A DNA stretch of 64,000 nucleotides. It comes from an uncultured Spirochaetota bacterium (GTDB lineage: Bacteria; Spirochaetota; Spirochaetia; SZUA-6; Fen-1364). Under the pieces are notes generated by a model, which worked only from the letters and a program-made list of their open reading frames with translations, was not told the origin of the DNA and ran no database searches. Positions 39,498 through 50,323 of this stretch are shown one piece after another; within the stretch, counting starts at the first letter, position 1, and each line of letters begins with the position of its first letter. Location: contig CAVTHO010000008.1 in the NCBI GenBank assembly GCA_963734545.1, positions 812,643-876,642 on the forward strand. The letters are read 5' to 3'. A program made the position numbers and the translations under genes.

Positions 39498-40795
39498 TCG
39501 ATCCTCGAAGCGTATCCGGTCTCGCCAAGCACGTTTTCAATGCAAAATTGAAGCTTGTCATTTTCTTTCGCTTCATGCGCCCTCTGATCACAGGGGAGCT
39601 GTCTCCGGCCCGGTTCATCCTGCTCCTGAGGAGGCTGCTGTATTTCTTCTCTCGACTCCAGAGCAACAAGTTCGTTCGGATCGGGAAACAGACGCGAGTC
39701 GATCTCTATGTCCCGTTTTTTCCCACGAAGGCATTCTTCGCTGCCTGCCGCAAGTTCACGACCTTCGGTGAAAAGCTGCCCTGCACGACCGCCCTCATTT
39801 CAGTCACTTCGGCCTGCCGCTTCAACTGCAGCCACTGCTACCAGAAGATGGACCGTGGAAAGGACGTGGATATCGGACGGCTGGTTCAGGTGGCGGCAAG
39901 GCTGCAGGAGAAGGGCATTGCTTTCTTCAACATCGAAGGTGGTGAACCGTTTCTCGTGTTCGACCGTCTCAGGAGAGTATGCGCGGCAATCGATGACCGG
40001 TCGGAGGTATGGGTGAACTCCACCGGCGACGGAATGACTTTGGAACGGCTCCGGGAGCTGAAAACGCTGAATCTCACCGCCGTCATGTTCTCTCTGCATT
40101 CGCCTGTCCCTGATGATTTCAACGCTTTTCTGGGATCTGAGAGAGCCTGGGCCACGATGCTGAACGGGGTCCATCTCTGCCATCAGGCCGAGGTGCCCGT
40201 GGCGTTCAATATGTGCCTGCAGAGAGAAGGCTTCTCTGACGGGACTTTCGAGCGGCTCATGGACAAGGCCAGGGAGCTCGGGGCGTCGATCATCCAGCTC
40301 ATCAAGCCGAAGCCCTCGGGAGGATGGCTGCGCTGCGGCGTGGAGGAGTTCCGGCCGCAGGACGTCATGCGCATGAAAACCCTGGTCAGTGACTACAACA
40401 CCAGGCGCGAGTACGGAGATTTTCCCTCGATCTCAGCACAGATGCTCGAGGAAGATCCGTCGCGCTTCGGCTGCACGGCGGGAGGAACCGATCGGTTCTA
40501 TATCAACGCGAAAGGGGATCTGCAGCCCTGTGAGTTTCTGAACCTGTCTTTCGGGAATATCGCCACGGACGACTTCGACACAATCTATGACACCATGAGA
40601 AGCTGCTTCGAGAGGCCCGGCGTGAACTGGCTGTGCGAGAAATGCGCCGGCAGCGTCCTCCAGCGTGTCACGAGCCATGACCTGCACTCCCTTCCGCTCG
40701 ACCCAGGGCTCTCCAGGGAAGTCTACGGGTCCTGGGATCGGGGCAGTCCGACGGAGCTCTATGACACCATCGAGAACAGGTTGAGCCCCCGTTGA
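39494..40795 (+). CDS. Radical SAM protein with SPASM/twitch-like domain
   Basis: CRFNCSHC, GGEP, GCTAGG..FYINAKGDLQPCEF, later Cys residues; N-terminal extension. Confidence 0.9.
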   Translation: MIDPRSVSGLAKHVFNAKLKLVIFFRFMRPLITGELSPARFILLLRRLLYFFSRLQSNKFVRIGKQTRVDLYVPFFPTKAFFAACRKFTTFGEKLPCTTALISVTSACRFNCSHCYQKMDRGKDVDIGRLVQVAARLQEKGIAFFNIEGGEPFLVFDRLRRVCAAIDDRSEVWVNSTGDGMTLERLRELKTLNLTAVMFSLHSPVPDDFNAFLGSERAWATMLNGVHLCHQAEVPVAFNMCLQREGFSDGTFERLMDKARELGASIIQLIKPKPSGGWLRCGVEEFRPQDVMRMKTLVSDYNTRREYGDFPSISAQMLEEDPSRFGCTAGGTDRFYINAKGDLQPCEFLNLSFGNIATDDFDTIYDTMRSCFERPGVNWLCEKCAGSVLQRVTSHDLHSLPLDPGLSREVYGSWDRGSPTELYDTIENRLSPR

Positions 40796-40838
40796 TTGAA
40801 GCTCTCCATGCGGGCCGTTCTCCTGAAGTCAAGAGTCG

Positions 40839-43800
40839 TCAGCTGGAGCTGGCGAACGCCGAAACGAGGCCACCCACGTAATCCTTGACCGGCGGAGAGC
40901 TCCACATGCCGGATTCCTGACCGCGGCGGAGCAGCTCGAGGATCTCCGGCCCTTCTTCCACGAAGATGCGGAGGTATCCCTCAGGCTGCGCCAGCCCTAC
41001 AGCTTCGCTCAGAGCATCAAGGGCATCCCCCTGGGCGGAAGCCGAGGCCCTTGCTTTCGCCTGGAGGACGAGGATCTCGATGAGGGGACCAATGCGTCCT
41101 CCCGACCGCGCAGAGAAGGCAAGGTCATCGAGCAGGCGCGAGATGTCGGCCGAGCCCGGGTCCGTCACACCGGCAGCCAGGCGAACCCGGGCCAGGCAGA
41201 TGAGCTCCACCTCCCGATTCACAGGACTCGCCGCTTTCCCCGGCTTGTACTCGCGCATCCACGCCTCGGCAGCTGCGCTGTCCCCGCACGCGAGATACGT
41301 CTTCACCCTGTCGGCCTCGAAAATCGGCAGGAGCGTGGCATGGATGAGGGCGCGCCGCGGAAGCGATTGTACTTTCGCAAGCTCCTCCTGCGCCCGCGCG
41401 GCCTGTCCACGCGATCGGAGCACGCGCGCCAGCGACTGGCGGGTGAGATACACGTCGGAGGGCAGGCCCCACGCCTCCACGTCCTTCACCGCTTTTTCGG
41501 CAATCCTCAGCGCGTCATCAAGCTCGCCTCGTTCCCTCTTGAGCTCAGCCATCAGGGCATACACTTTGGCGATCGGCCCGCTCCCGCGCGCGTGGCGCCG
41601 CCCCGCCAGGGCATCGAACTCCTCCAGCAGGGCCAGCGCATCGCGGAGCCGGCCCTGAAGGCGGCGGAGATGCGCAAACTCGTACACCGCGCTGGCGATC
41701 GACCAGATGCTTCCGGCGGCATGGCTCGCCCGCAGAAACTCCTTGCAGCCCTCCTCGGCTTTTTCCAGCTCTCCCTGGTAGCGATAGGATTTTTCCAGGA
41801 TATAGAGGATCAAAGTCCTGGGCATATCTTCCTTCGGGGGCAGGAGCCGGTCAGCCCTGCCGGCGAGCTCGACGGCCTCCGCGGTCTCCCCTGCCATGTC
41901 GGCGAGAACGGCCCGGATGATTGCCACGGTTCCCTCGAGGGTCCGGATGCTGTCGGAATCCTTCCCGGCTTCGGAAATACTCTTCTCCGTCCGATCCAGC
42001 AGAGCCTCGGCCTCCTGCCGTCGTCCCGCCCATGCCAGGGTCCAGGCAGCGGCCATGCAGTGTCCGGGGCGTTTCTCCATCACCTCCGAGGGGATCTCCC
42101 TGCACCAGCGCTGCAACTGGCTCAGCGCACCCTGGCCGATGATATCGAAGAACCTTGCCTCGATGAGGTCCGCGGCTTTCTCGTGGGCCTCTGCCGCCAG
42201 GTATTCCTGGATCGCCTCGACGAGCTCCCCCTGTCCGGCAAACCAGTCGCCCGCCCTGATGTGGAGTGCATGAATCTTCTCGGGAAGCCGCTCGAGCTCC
42301 AGCTTGTGCCGCAGCAGGTCGGCGAAGAGGTGGTGGTAGCGAAACCAATTCCTCTGCTCGTCCAGGGGGACGAGGAACAGGTTCATCCGCTCCAATTGCT
42401 GCAGGGTCTCCTGGCATCCACGCCGTCCTGTCACCGCTTCGCACAACCCGGCGCTCATCCTGGTCATGATCGAAGTATCGAGGAGAAGCTGCTTGAGGTC
42501 TTCGTCCAGACGGGAAAACACCTCCTCGGCAAGATATTCCAGGATGTAGCGTTGAGTTCCGCTGAAAGACGCGATGAAGCCGTCCACGTCCTCCCGTCCC
42601 TGAAGGGAGAGAGCCGCCATCTGCAGCCCCGCAACCCAGCCTTCGGTCCGCTTCTCCAGCACGGCGACCTGGGCCGGGGAAAGGGACAGGGACATTGCCC
42701 GATCGAAGAATTGCTCGGCCTCGGCGGCGGTGAAACGCAGATCTTCCGCGCGAATTTCCGCAACGCGGTCCTGCGAGCGCAGGCGCGCGAGCGGAAAGGG
42801 CGGATCGGCACGGCTTGCAATGAAGATGCCGAGCGACGCAGGCCTGTGGTCGATCAGGAACCGCACCGCTGCATGGACCTCCAGCGTGTGGATGAACTGG
42901 TAGTCGTCAAGGACCAGGGCGATGCCCTTCCCCTGCTCCTCGATGGCGTTGATCAGGGCGGTCATGACGAGCTCTGCCGGGGCGGGCGGCGTGGCCCGCA
43001 GCATCTGGCTCGCCTCCTCCCCCACGCCCTCCCCGGTCCTCATGATCGAAGCTGCGAGGTGGAGCAGGAAGCGGGGGAGATCATTGTCTCCCTCATCGAG
43101 TGAGAGCCAGGCGACAGGCATCCCGGCCCGCGCAGCCAATTCAGAAAGGATTGTCGTCTTGCCAAAACCAGCCGGAGCGGATACGACCACCAGGCCGCGC
43201 GCCAGGCCCTGCTCGAGGAGGCGGATGAGCCTGCCTCTTCTGACCATTCCATCGCGAACGGGTGGAACCGAAAGCTTGGTGCCGAGCAGGCCCGGGAAAA
43301 GATCTGCGCCCTGCGCGGGCGGCTGCACCGCTCGCGGCTCTTCGATCCGGTGAGCTGCGCATTCGACTCTCCGGGCCCGGCTCGCGGTGTGTCCTTCGTT
43401 TTCTCCCGCGGTCCGATCTGACGGGACAGGATCTGGTTGTAGAGGTCCCGGGTCCCCTTTTCCGGTTCCTGGCCAAACTCTCCCCGCAGCGCCTCGGCAA
43501 ACTCCTCGTACTGCCTGATGGCGGCGCTTCGCTGACCCGAAAGCGCAAGCGTCTGTATCAGCAGGGCCTGGGCCTGCTCGTGCATCCTGTCCTGCGCAAG
43601 CCAGCGCTTCACCGACTGGAGAGCATCTTCCCAGCGCTCGGCCGCGGCGTGACAACGGGCAGATCTCTCGAGAAGCCACCCGAGCTCGGCTCTCAGGCTC
43701 TCCCTTTCCGCCACCTGCCAGTCGTCGAACCCAGGGCAGCCAGGGAGGTTGAAGCCTTCGAGGAACTCGCCCTGGAAGAGCCGTATCGCATTCACCACCC

Positions 43801-44191
43801 GCTCGAGGCACTCAGGGCACCGCTCCCCTGATTCGTGAGGATGGGCCTTTACATCCGCGACAAGCCGCCGCGCGGCACGCACGTCGATCCACAGGTCCGC
43901 GTCCGACCGCACGCTTATCCTGTCCCGCTCTGGCTCCAGCCAATCCCCGGGAATGCTCGCGTGGAGCGAGGCGAGGCTCCGCCGCAGGTTCGCAGGAGCG
44001 CGATTCTGGTCGAATTCCGGCCAGAAGAGGGCCGCCAGTTTCTCCCGCGATTGGGGATGCTCGTTCAGACTGAGATAGGCAAGAAGGGCGGTGGTCTTTC
44101 GCGTTTCGAGCCGCACGTGGCTGCCGGAGAGCTCGACTCGAGGGTGACCGAGCCAGTAGAGCCCCAGGCGCGGCCCGCTTCCCTGCTTCAC
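40839..44191 (-). CDS. SARP/BTAD plus MalT-like ATPase-TPR transcriptional regulator (one apparent frameshift, ~43350-43400)
   Basis: N-part: LLAYL..REKLAALFWP, BTAD (GEFLEGF, FDDW). C-part: TKL..P, APAGFGKT, LVLDDY, TEGWVAGL, WFRYHHLF, TPRs. Likely GTG start 44191. Confidence 0.82.
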
Positions 44192-44278
44192 AAACTGATA
44201 TTGTACACGCCGCTGCGGCACGGGACAAGACCGGGAGCATAGTGTGATAGAATGGCCTGCCGGACGAGGAGTAGAGTC

Positions 44279-46078
44279 GTGAATGAATTGCCCCCCTTCG
44301 ACGTGTACGGGGACGCAAAGGTCATCACCCGGATCTTCAACTCATTCATTGCAGTGATCCTGGTGTCGCTCATGGTGGGGATTGTCATCATCCTCGCGAC
44401 AAAGGATGCAATCCGGGCAGTGAGCATCGGCCTCAGCCTCCCCTTCGTGCTGGCAGCCGCCCTCTTCATCCGATGGAAACGCTTCGAGCGGGCGGCCGTG
44501 TCTCTGGCGGTCGTGCTCCTCGGCCTCTGCACGGCGGTCGCGACCCAGGGATTGGGCATCCACGACATCAGCAATCTGGGGATCGCATCCGTCCTTATCA
44601 TCGCGAGCATGGTGACAAAGAAGCGCACCATGGTGTTTCTCACCCTCTTTGCTGTCGCCTGCCTCGCCTGGCAGGTGTTCGGCGAGCTGGCGGGGGTGTA
44701 CCGGCCTTCGGCGCTCGTGCACAGCGTCCCCGGTGATTTCATTACCGCCTCGCTCATCATCGGGGCCACCGCTTTCATGGTCCGCCTGTTGTCGGAGGCC
44801 CTGTTTCAGAGTCATCGTCAGCTGCACAGCGAATTGCGGGAGCGGAAGAGCGCCGAGGTGCAGCGCGAGGCGTTGACTCACAAGCTCGAGCAGACGCAGG
44901 AGCAATTCCTGCAATCGCAGAAAATGGAGGCCATGGGACGACTGGCCGGCGGCATTGCCCACGACTTCAACAACGTCCTCACGATTATCGGAGGCTACTC
45001 GGAATTGCTCCGGGAGGACGTCTCTTCGACCGAACCCCAGAGGGGTTACACGGAGGAGATCGCCAAGGCTGCCCGGCGCGCCGCTGGGCTGACCCGGCAG
45101 CTCCTTGCCTTCAGCCGGAAGCAGGTGCTCCAGACCCAGGTCGTGGACTTGAACAAAGTGGTCCGCGGCATGGAGGGCATTCTTACGCGCATCATCGGAG
45201 AGGACATCGAGCTCTCCACGGTCCTTGCCCCGGGACTCGGCCGGGTGAGAGTGGACTCCTCGCAGATCGAGCAGGCTATTCTGAATCTTGCCGTCAATGC
45301 GCGGGACGCCATGACGAAGGGCGGGAAGCTGATTCTCGAGACCTCCGAAATCATCCGCAATGAAGCCGGGCCGGGCGGACAAGACGGACCGCTTCCGGGG
45401 CGCTGCGTGATGCTTCGGGTGAGTGACACCGGAGGCGGTATGACCCCCGAAGTCCTCAGCCATCTGTACGAGCCTTTCTTCACAACAAAGGAGCAGGGCA
45501 AGGGCACGGGGCTCGGTCTCTCCATGGTCTACGGCATCGTGACCCAGAGCTCGGGCTCAATCGAGGTCGACTCGACTCCGGGGCGCGGGACGAGCTTCAG
45601 GATCTTCCTGCCGATTGTTGACGAAGCGCCATTGGAGAGCCGCCCGGATGGCCCGGAGCGCGGCCCCTACCGGGGCTCGGAAAGCGTGCTGATCGTCGAG
45701 GACGAACCGGCGGTTCTCGAGTTCGCCGTACGGGTCCTGGCGGACAAAGGATACACGGTCCTGCGCGCCACGCACGCGGCAGAGGCGCTGCGAATCTGCC
45801 GCGAAAACGAGACGCCCATCCACCTCGTCGTGACCGACATGGTCATGCCGGGCGGCATGAACGGGCGGGAGCTGGCTCGCGAGCTTTCCCAAACGCGCCC
45901 GGGCGTGCCGGTGCTTTTCATGTCAGGCTACGTGGCCGACGCCATGGATGACGGCGGCGCGGCCGAGGAACCGATCCACCTGCTGGAGAAGCCTTTCACC
46001 CCCGCCTCCCTCGCGCAGAAGGTTCGCGATGTGCTCGACACCCCGAACAGACAAGCCGCAGCTCCGGAGCCTGAGTGA
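44279..46078 (+). CDS. Membrane-bound hybrid histidine kinase/receiver (CckA-like)
   Basis: TM N-terminus, AGGIAHDFNN, NLAVNARDA, EPFFTTK..GTGLGL, receiver (VEDE, TDMVMP, KPF). Confidence 0.92.
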   Translation: MNELPPFDVYGDAKVITRIFNSFIAVILVSLMVGIVIILATKDAIRAVSIGLSLPFVLAAALFIRWKRFERAAVSLAVVLLGLCTAVATQGLGIHDISNLGIASVLIIASMVTKKRTMVFLTLFAVACLAWQVFGELAGVYRPSALVHSVPGDFITASLIIGATAFMVRLLSEALFQSHRQLHSELRERKSAEVQREALTHKLEQTQEQFLQSQKMEAMGRLAGGIAHDFNNVLTIIGGYSELLREDVSSTEPQRGYTEEIAKAARRAAGLTRQLLAFSRKQVLQTQVVDLNKVVRGMEGILTRIIGEDIELSTVLAPGLGRVRVDSSQIEQAILNLAVNARDAMTKGGKLILETSEIIRNEAGPGGQDGPLPGRCVMLRVSDTGGGMTPEVLSHLYEPFFTTKEQGKGTGLGLSMVYGIVTQSSGSIEVDSTPGRGTSFRIFLPIVDEAPLESRPDGPERGPYRGSESVLIVEDEPAVLEFAVRVLADKGYTVLRATHAAEALRICRENETPIHLVVTDMVMPGGMNGRELARELSQTRPGVPVLFMSGYVADAMDDGGAAEEPIHLLEKPFTPASLAQKVRDVLDTPNRQAAAPEPE

Positions 46079-46092
46079 TTGCAGAATCCATC

Positions 46093-46707
46093 CTATGACC
46101 CGGCCGCTGCCCGGGCGTGACTACGGATAAGCTCGACAAAGTAGCGATGCATTCTGCTGTCCCCCGTCAGTTCCGGGTGGAACGCTGCAACGAGCATATG
46201 CCGCTCCCGGGCCGCAACGATCGTTCCATCCGGGAGACGGGCGAGCACTTCCACTTCAGCCCCCACTGAGGCAATGGCGGGTGCGCGGATGAAGACAGCG
46301 CGCATTGGCGGGTCTCCCAGCACCGGAACCGGGATCAGCGTCTCAAAGGACTGGAGCTGACGACCGAAGGCATTCCTGCGCATGCGAAGGTCCATGAGCC
46401 CCAGGAGAGGCTGGTCGAGCCCGCCGATGTCACGGGCAAGCACGATAGCGCCGGCGCACGTGCCGAACACTGGCATTCCCGCCGCGATGCGTTCGCGGGA
46501 CAGACCCAGCAGGCCGCAGTCATGCATGAGCTTGCCGATGGTCGTGCTCTCCCCGCCGGGAATGACGAGGCCGTCCACCTCTGACAGCTGTCGTGTCGTT
46601 CGAATCTCCACGGGCTCGACGCGCGCGAAGGATTCCGCGTTCAATTCGCGCAGAATGGCGACGTGCTCGGAAAAATCCCCCTGGAGGGCGAGGACGCCGA
46701 TCCTCAT
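46093..46707 (-). CDS. pdxT: Pyridoxal 5'-phosphate synthase glutaminase subunit
   Basis: GVLALQG, PGGEST, GTCAG, RNAFGRQ, FIRAP, FHPEL. Confidence 0.96.
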   Translation of the reverse strand: MRIGVLALQGDFSEHVAILRELNAESFARVEPVEIRTTRQLSEVDGLVIPGGESTTIGKLMHDCGLLGLSRERIAAGMPVFGTCAGAIVLARDIGGLDQPLLGLMDLRMRRNAFGRQLQSFETLIPVPVLGDPPMRAVFIRAPAIASVGAEVEVLARLPDGTIVAARERHMLVAAFHPELTGDSRMHRYFVELIRSHARAAAGS

Positions 46708-46711
46708 CGTG

Positions 46712-47593
46712 TCACCTGCCCCGGGCAGCCAGGAGCATCTCCCGGGGAATGGCGTTTATCTCGAGGCCCGGCATGGCCCCGCCCAGTCCCCGGGATACAC
46801 GGGCAATGACCGCGGGGTCCCGAAAGTGCGTCGTGGCCTGCACGATGGCCGACGCGCGCCGGGCAGGGTCCTCTGACTTGAAAATCCCTGAACCCACGAA
46901 GACTCCGTCAGCGCCCAGCTGCATCAGGAGCGCGGCGTCAGCCGGAGTGGCCAACCCGCCCGCGGCGAAGTTCACGACCGGAAGCCGTCCTTCCCGGGCA
47001 ACCTCTGCGACCAGGTCGTAGGGGGCGTTCAGGTTCTTCGCCTCGGCAGCCAGCTCTTCAGGTGACGCGGCGTGAAGGCGGCGGATCGCGCTCTGCACGG
47101 CACGCATGTGGCGCACGGCCTCCACCACGTTGCCCGTCCCTGCCTCGCCCTTGGTGCGGACCATTGCGGCCCCTTCTGACAGCCGTCGGAGAGCCTCCCC
47201 GAGGTCCCGGCAGCCGCACACGAAGGGAACACGGAAGGCGTTCTTGTCGATGTGGTGCTCCTCGTCCGCGGGGGTGAGGACCTCGGACTCGTCCACGTAG
47301 TCGATGCCGAGAGACTCCAGCACCTGCGCCTCGACGAAGTGGCCGATGCGGCACTTCGCCATGACGGGGATGGTCACGGCTTCCATGATCTGCAGGATCA
47401 GCTCCGGGTCGCTCATCCGCGCCACGCCCCCGGCAGCCCGGATGTCGGCGGGAACGCGTTCCAGCGCCATGACCGCGCATGCGCCGGCGTCCTCCGCGAT
47501 CCGCGCGTGGTCCACGGTCGCCACATCCATGATGACGCCGCCTTTCAGCATCTGCGCCAGACCCTTCTTGGTGAGCCACGTCGACTGTTCCAT
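46712..47593 (-). CDS. pdxS: Pyridoxal 5'-phosphate synthase lyase subunit
   Basis: [46 protein letters not shown]; SD GGAGG 7 nt before ATG 47593. Confidence 0.97.
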   Translation of the reverse strand: MEQSTWLTKKGLAQMLKGGVIMDVATVDHARIAEDAGACAVMALERVPADIRAAGGVARMSDPELILQIMEAVTIPVMAKCRIGHFVEAQVLESLGIDYVDESEVLTPADEEHHIDKNAFRVPFVCGCRDLGEALRRLSEGAAMVRTKGEAGTGNVVEAVRHMRAVQSAIRRLHAASPEELAAEAKNLNAPYDLVAEVAREGRLPVVNFAAGGLATPADAALLMQLGADGVFVGSGIFKSEDPARRASAIVQATTHFRDPAVIARVSRGLGGAMPGLEINAIPREMLLAARGR

Positions 47594-47626
47594 CTTCATT
47601 CCTCCCACGGTTGTAAGATACGCTGC

Positions 47627-47673
47627 AAATGGTATAATAAAAGATCCAATATTCGATGGATTGATTGGGCCAT
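47627..47673. promoter_or_regulatory. Candidate PdxR (MocR) operator between pdxS and pdxR
   Basis: AT-rich spacer with repeated TGG/CCA-centred motifs (AATGGTAT, GATCCAAT, ATGGATT, GGGCCATT) in direct and inverted orientation. Confidence 0.45.
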
Positions 47674-47704
47674 TAACAGGCGCGGGGAAGGGGTGAAGCG
47701 AGGG

Positions 47705-49234
47705 ATGTGGGCGGACAACCTGATTGTGGCGCTGGACAATACGAAGCGAGGGTCGCCGCGTTTTCGCCATCGGCAGGTGTTCACCCAGATTCGCGACGCC
47801 ATCCGGGACGGCACACTCCGATCCGGGGATCGGCTCCCGGCAACCCGGGAACTGGCGCGTACCCTCGGGCTCGCGAGAAACACCGTCGCGCGCGCATACG
47901 AGGACCTGCTCACTGAAGGCTATGTCGAGGGAAGGGTCGGGTCCGGCACGTACGTGTCGTTCGGTCTCGGCAGGTGGCCCCCTGGCGCGGGAAAGCCCGG
48001 AACGCGCATGGCCCCTTTGCTGCAAGAGCCGGGAAAGGGCCCATCGGGCCGGCATCTTCCCTTGCGCGGCGGACCGGCGGGCGCCGACGCTGCGTCGCTG
48101 CCGATCGACTTCCGTCCCGGCATCCCGGACTGGGATGCATTTCCCCGGGCATTGTGGCTGCGGCTCCTGGGCAGGGCGCTGCGCGCGAATGCGGCCGAGC
48201 TGCGGAGGTACGGTGAGCCCGGTGGGCACTTTCCTCTTCGGGAGGCGATTGCGCGCCACCTCGCCGTCTCACGGGGCGTCGTCTCCGAGCCGGGCCAGGT
48301 GGTGATTGTCAACGGGTCGCAGCAGGCACTCGATCTCATTGCGCGCCTGTTCGTCGGGGCCGGCGACACCGTGGCCCTGGAGGACCCCGGTTATCCCGAT
48401 GCGCGGCACGTGCTTGCCGGCCCCGGGTCCCGCCCTCTCTTCGTTCCCGTCGACGAGGACGGGATCGACGTGGGCGCACTGGAGAAGATGACGCGCGCCC
48501 GCGCTGCGCCACGGCTTCTCTACGTGACGCCCTCGCACCAGTTCCCTACGGGCGCGGTTCTGACCCTCTCCCGACGCCTGGCCCTTCTGAGCTGGGCGGT
48601 ACGCCGCAATGTCCTCATCGTGGAAGACGACTACGACAGCGAGCTCCGCTCTCCGGGGCGCCTCGTGGAGTCCCTCCAGGGCCTCGACCGCTCCCGGAAG
48701 GTCGTCTACGTCGGGACGTTCTCCACGGTCCTTTTCCCTCCGCTCAGGATCGGTTACGTGGTGCTTCCGCCCGAAATGTCGGAGCCGTTCATTCGAGCCA
48801 AGTGGCTGGCTGACCGGCAGACGCCGACTCTCGAACAACTGGCCCTTGCCGATTTTCTTCAGGAGGGTCACTTCGAGCGTCACCTCAGGCGCATGCGTCG
48901 GCGTGTCGCCGCGCGGCGGGCAGTCATGCGTGCTGCGCTCGCCCGACACCTCGGTGAATCGATCGAGATCTCCGATTCCAGCATGGGAATGCACCTCATG
49001 GTGCGGTTGACCATGGCACGCCGCGGAGTGCCTGCCGCTGAGATAGAGAAACGTGTGCTTGCCCTTTCGGCGGAACAGGGGGTCGCGGTTTACCCCGTCA
49101 GTCCCTGCTATTCACGGCCGCCTCGGCATGCCACTTTTCTTCTCGGGTATGCTGCGCTCAGCGAGGATCTCATCCGGGAGGGGGTTGAGAAGCTGGCAGG
49201 GGCGGTAGCGGCTGCTTTCAACCGCCGCCGTTGA
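47705..49234 (+). CDS. pdxR: MocR/GabR-family PLP-dependent regulator (PdxR-like)
   Basis: GntR HTH ([17 protein letters not shown]), [19 protein letters not shown]; divergent from pdxST. Confidence 0.88.
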   Translation: MWADNLIVALDNTKRGSPRFRHRQVFTQIRDAIRDGTLRSGDRLPATRELARTLGLARNTVARAYEDLLTEGYVEGRVGSGTYVSFGLGRWPPGAGKPGTRMAPLLQEPGKGPSGRHLPLRGGPAGADAASLPIDFRPGIPDWDAFPRALWLRLLGRALRANAAELRRYGEPGGHFPLREAIARHLAVSRGVVSEPGQVVIVNGSQQALDLIARLFVGAGDTVALEDPGYPDARHVLAGPGSRPLFVPVDEDGIDVGALEKMTRARAAPRLLYVTPSHQFPTGAVLTLSRRLALLSWAVRRNVLIVEDDYDSELRSPGRLVESLQGLDRSRKVVYVGTFSTVLFPPLRIGYVVLPPEMSEPFIRAKWLADRQTPTLEQLALADFLQEGHFERHLRRMRRRVAARRAVMRAALARHLGESIEISDSSMGMHLMVRLTMARRGVPAAEIEKRVLALSAEQGVAVYPVSPCYSRPPRHATFLLGYAALSEDLIREGVEKLAGAVAAAFNRRR

Positions 49235-50323
49235 GACTATCGGGGCCGATATGTGATCGTCGCACACGCCTCGGTAAGGTTTGGCGCCCTGACGTGGGCG
49301 CTGATTGCCAAGCAGGACGTCTCCGAGGCATTTGCATCCGCGAACCGGCTGACGTTTGTCCTTGCCCTCGCCATGAGCGCCGCGGCCGTGCTGGCGGCGG
49401 CCGTGACCCTGTGGGCTGCTGGCAGGGTTGTGCGGCCCGTGCTCCGTCTGGCAAGCGCGGCAGAGGCAGTCGCCGCCGGCGATCTGAGCGTCGAACCGGA
49501 GGTGCCTGCCGCGCGCCGGGACGAGCTGGGCGTCCTGGCTGAGGCATTCCACAGCATGACCGCCCAGCTGCGAGGTCTCATCTCCGGCCTCGAACAACGC
49601 GTGGACGAACGCACGGCCCAGCTCCAGGCGGCCAACCGGGAGCTGGAGTCCTTCACATACTCCGTTTCCCACGACCTGCGCGCCCCTCTGCGGGCAATCG
49701 ACGGGTATGCGCAGATCATCGAGGACGAATACCAGGCGAAACTGGATGACGAGGGCAGGCGCGTGCTCGGGATTGTGCGTGGCGAAGCGAGACGCATGGG
49801 GGACCTGATAGACGACCTGCTCCGGTTCTCCCGCCTCGGCCGACATCCCCTCCAGAAACGGATTACCGACATGACCGGGCTCGTGAGAGAGGTCTTTGCC
49901 GAACTTGAGCGGGGGGCCGCAGAGCGGCGGGTGGAACTGCGCCTCAGCGCATTGCCCGGGGTGGAGGCAGATCCGGGGCTGATCCGGCAGGTGTGGGCGA
50001 ATCTCCTCGAGAATGCATTCAAATTCACGAGCGGGAAAGACCTTGCGGTCATCGAGGTGAGCGGCAGCGTGCAGGGTGCCAACGCGGTCTACTGCGTCCG
50101 GGACAACGGGGCCGGTTTCGACATGAGACACGCGGACAAGCTGTTCGGCGTCTTCCAGAGGCTCCACCGGGAGGACGAGTTCGAAGGAACCGGCGTGGGT
50201 CTTGCCCTGGCGCACCGCATACTCGAGCGGCATGGAGGCCGCATCTGGGCCGAAGGGGAAGAGGGTCGGGGGGCCGTCTTCCGGTTTGCGCTTCCGGCAG
50301 AAAGGAGATCTCCTGATGAGTGA
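49235..50323 (+). pseudogene. 5'-truncated dCache-HAMP sensor histidine kinase
   Basis: Begins with a dCache tail (DYRG..V...WALIAKQD..EAF), then TM, HAMP (DELGVLAEAF), SVSHDLRAPL, NAFKF, GTGVGL; no TM1 and no SD. Confidence 0.65.

Noticed and set aside
29842-40795. tRNA-Val-anchored integrative island carrying the lipid operon
   Set aside because: No integrase and no duplicated tRNA 3' end were found in the window; the apparent GC dip alone is insufficient.
46712-48259. 515-aa extended PdxS and 660-aa extended PdxR overlapping each other
   Set aside because: The real starts are 47593 (SD-supported) and 47705; the extensions are open-frame artefacts across a divergent promoter.
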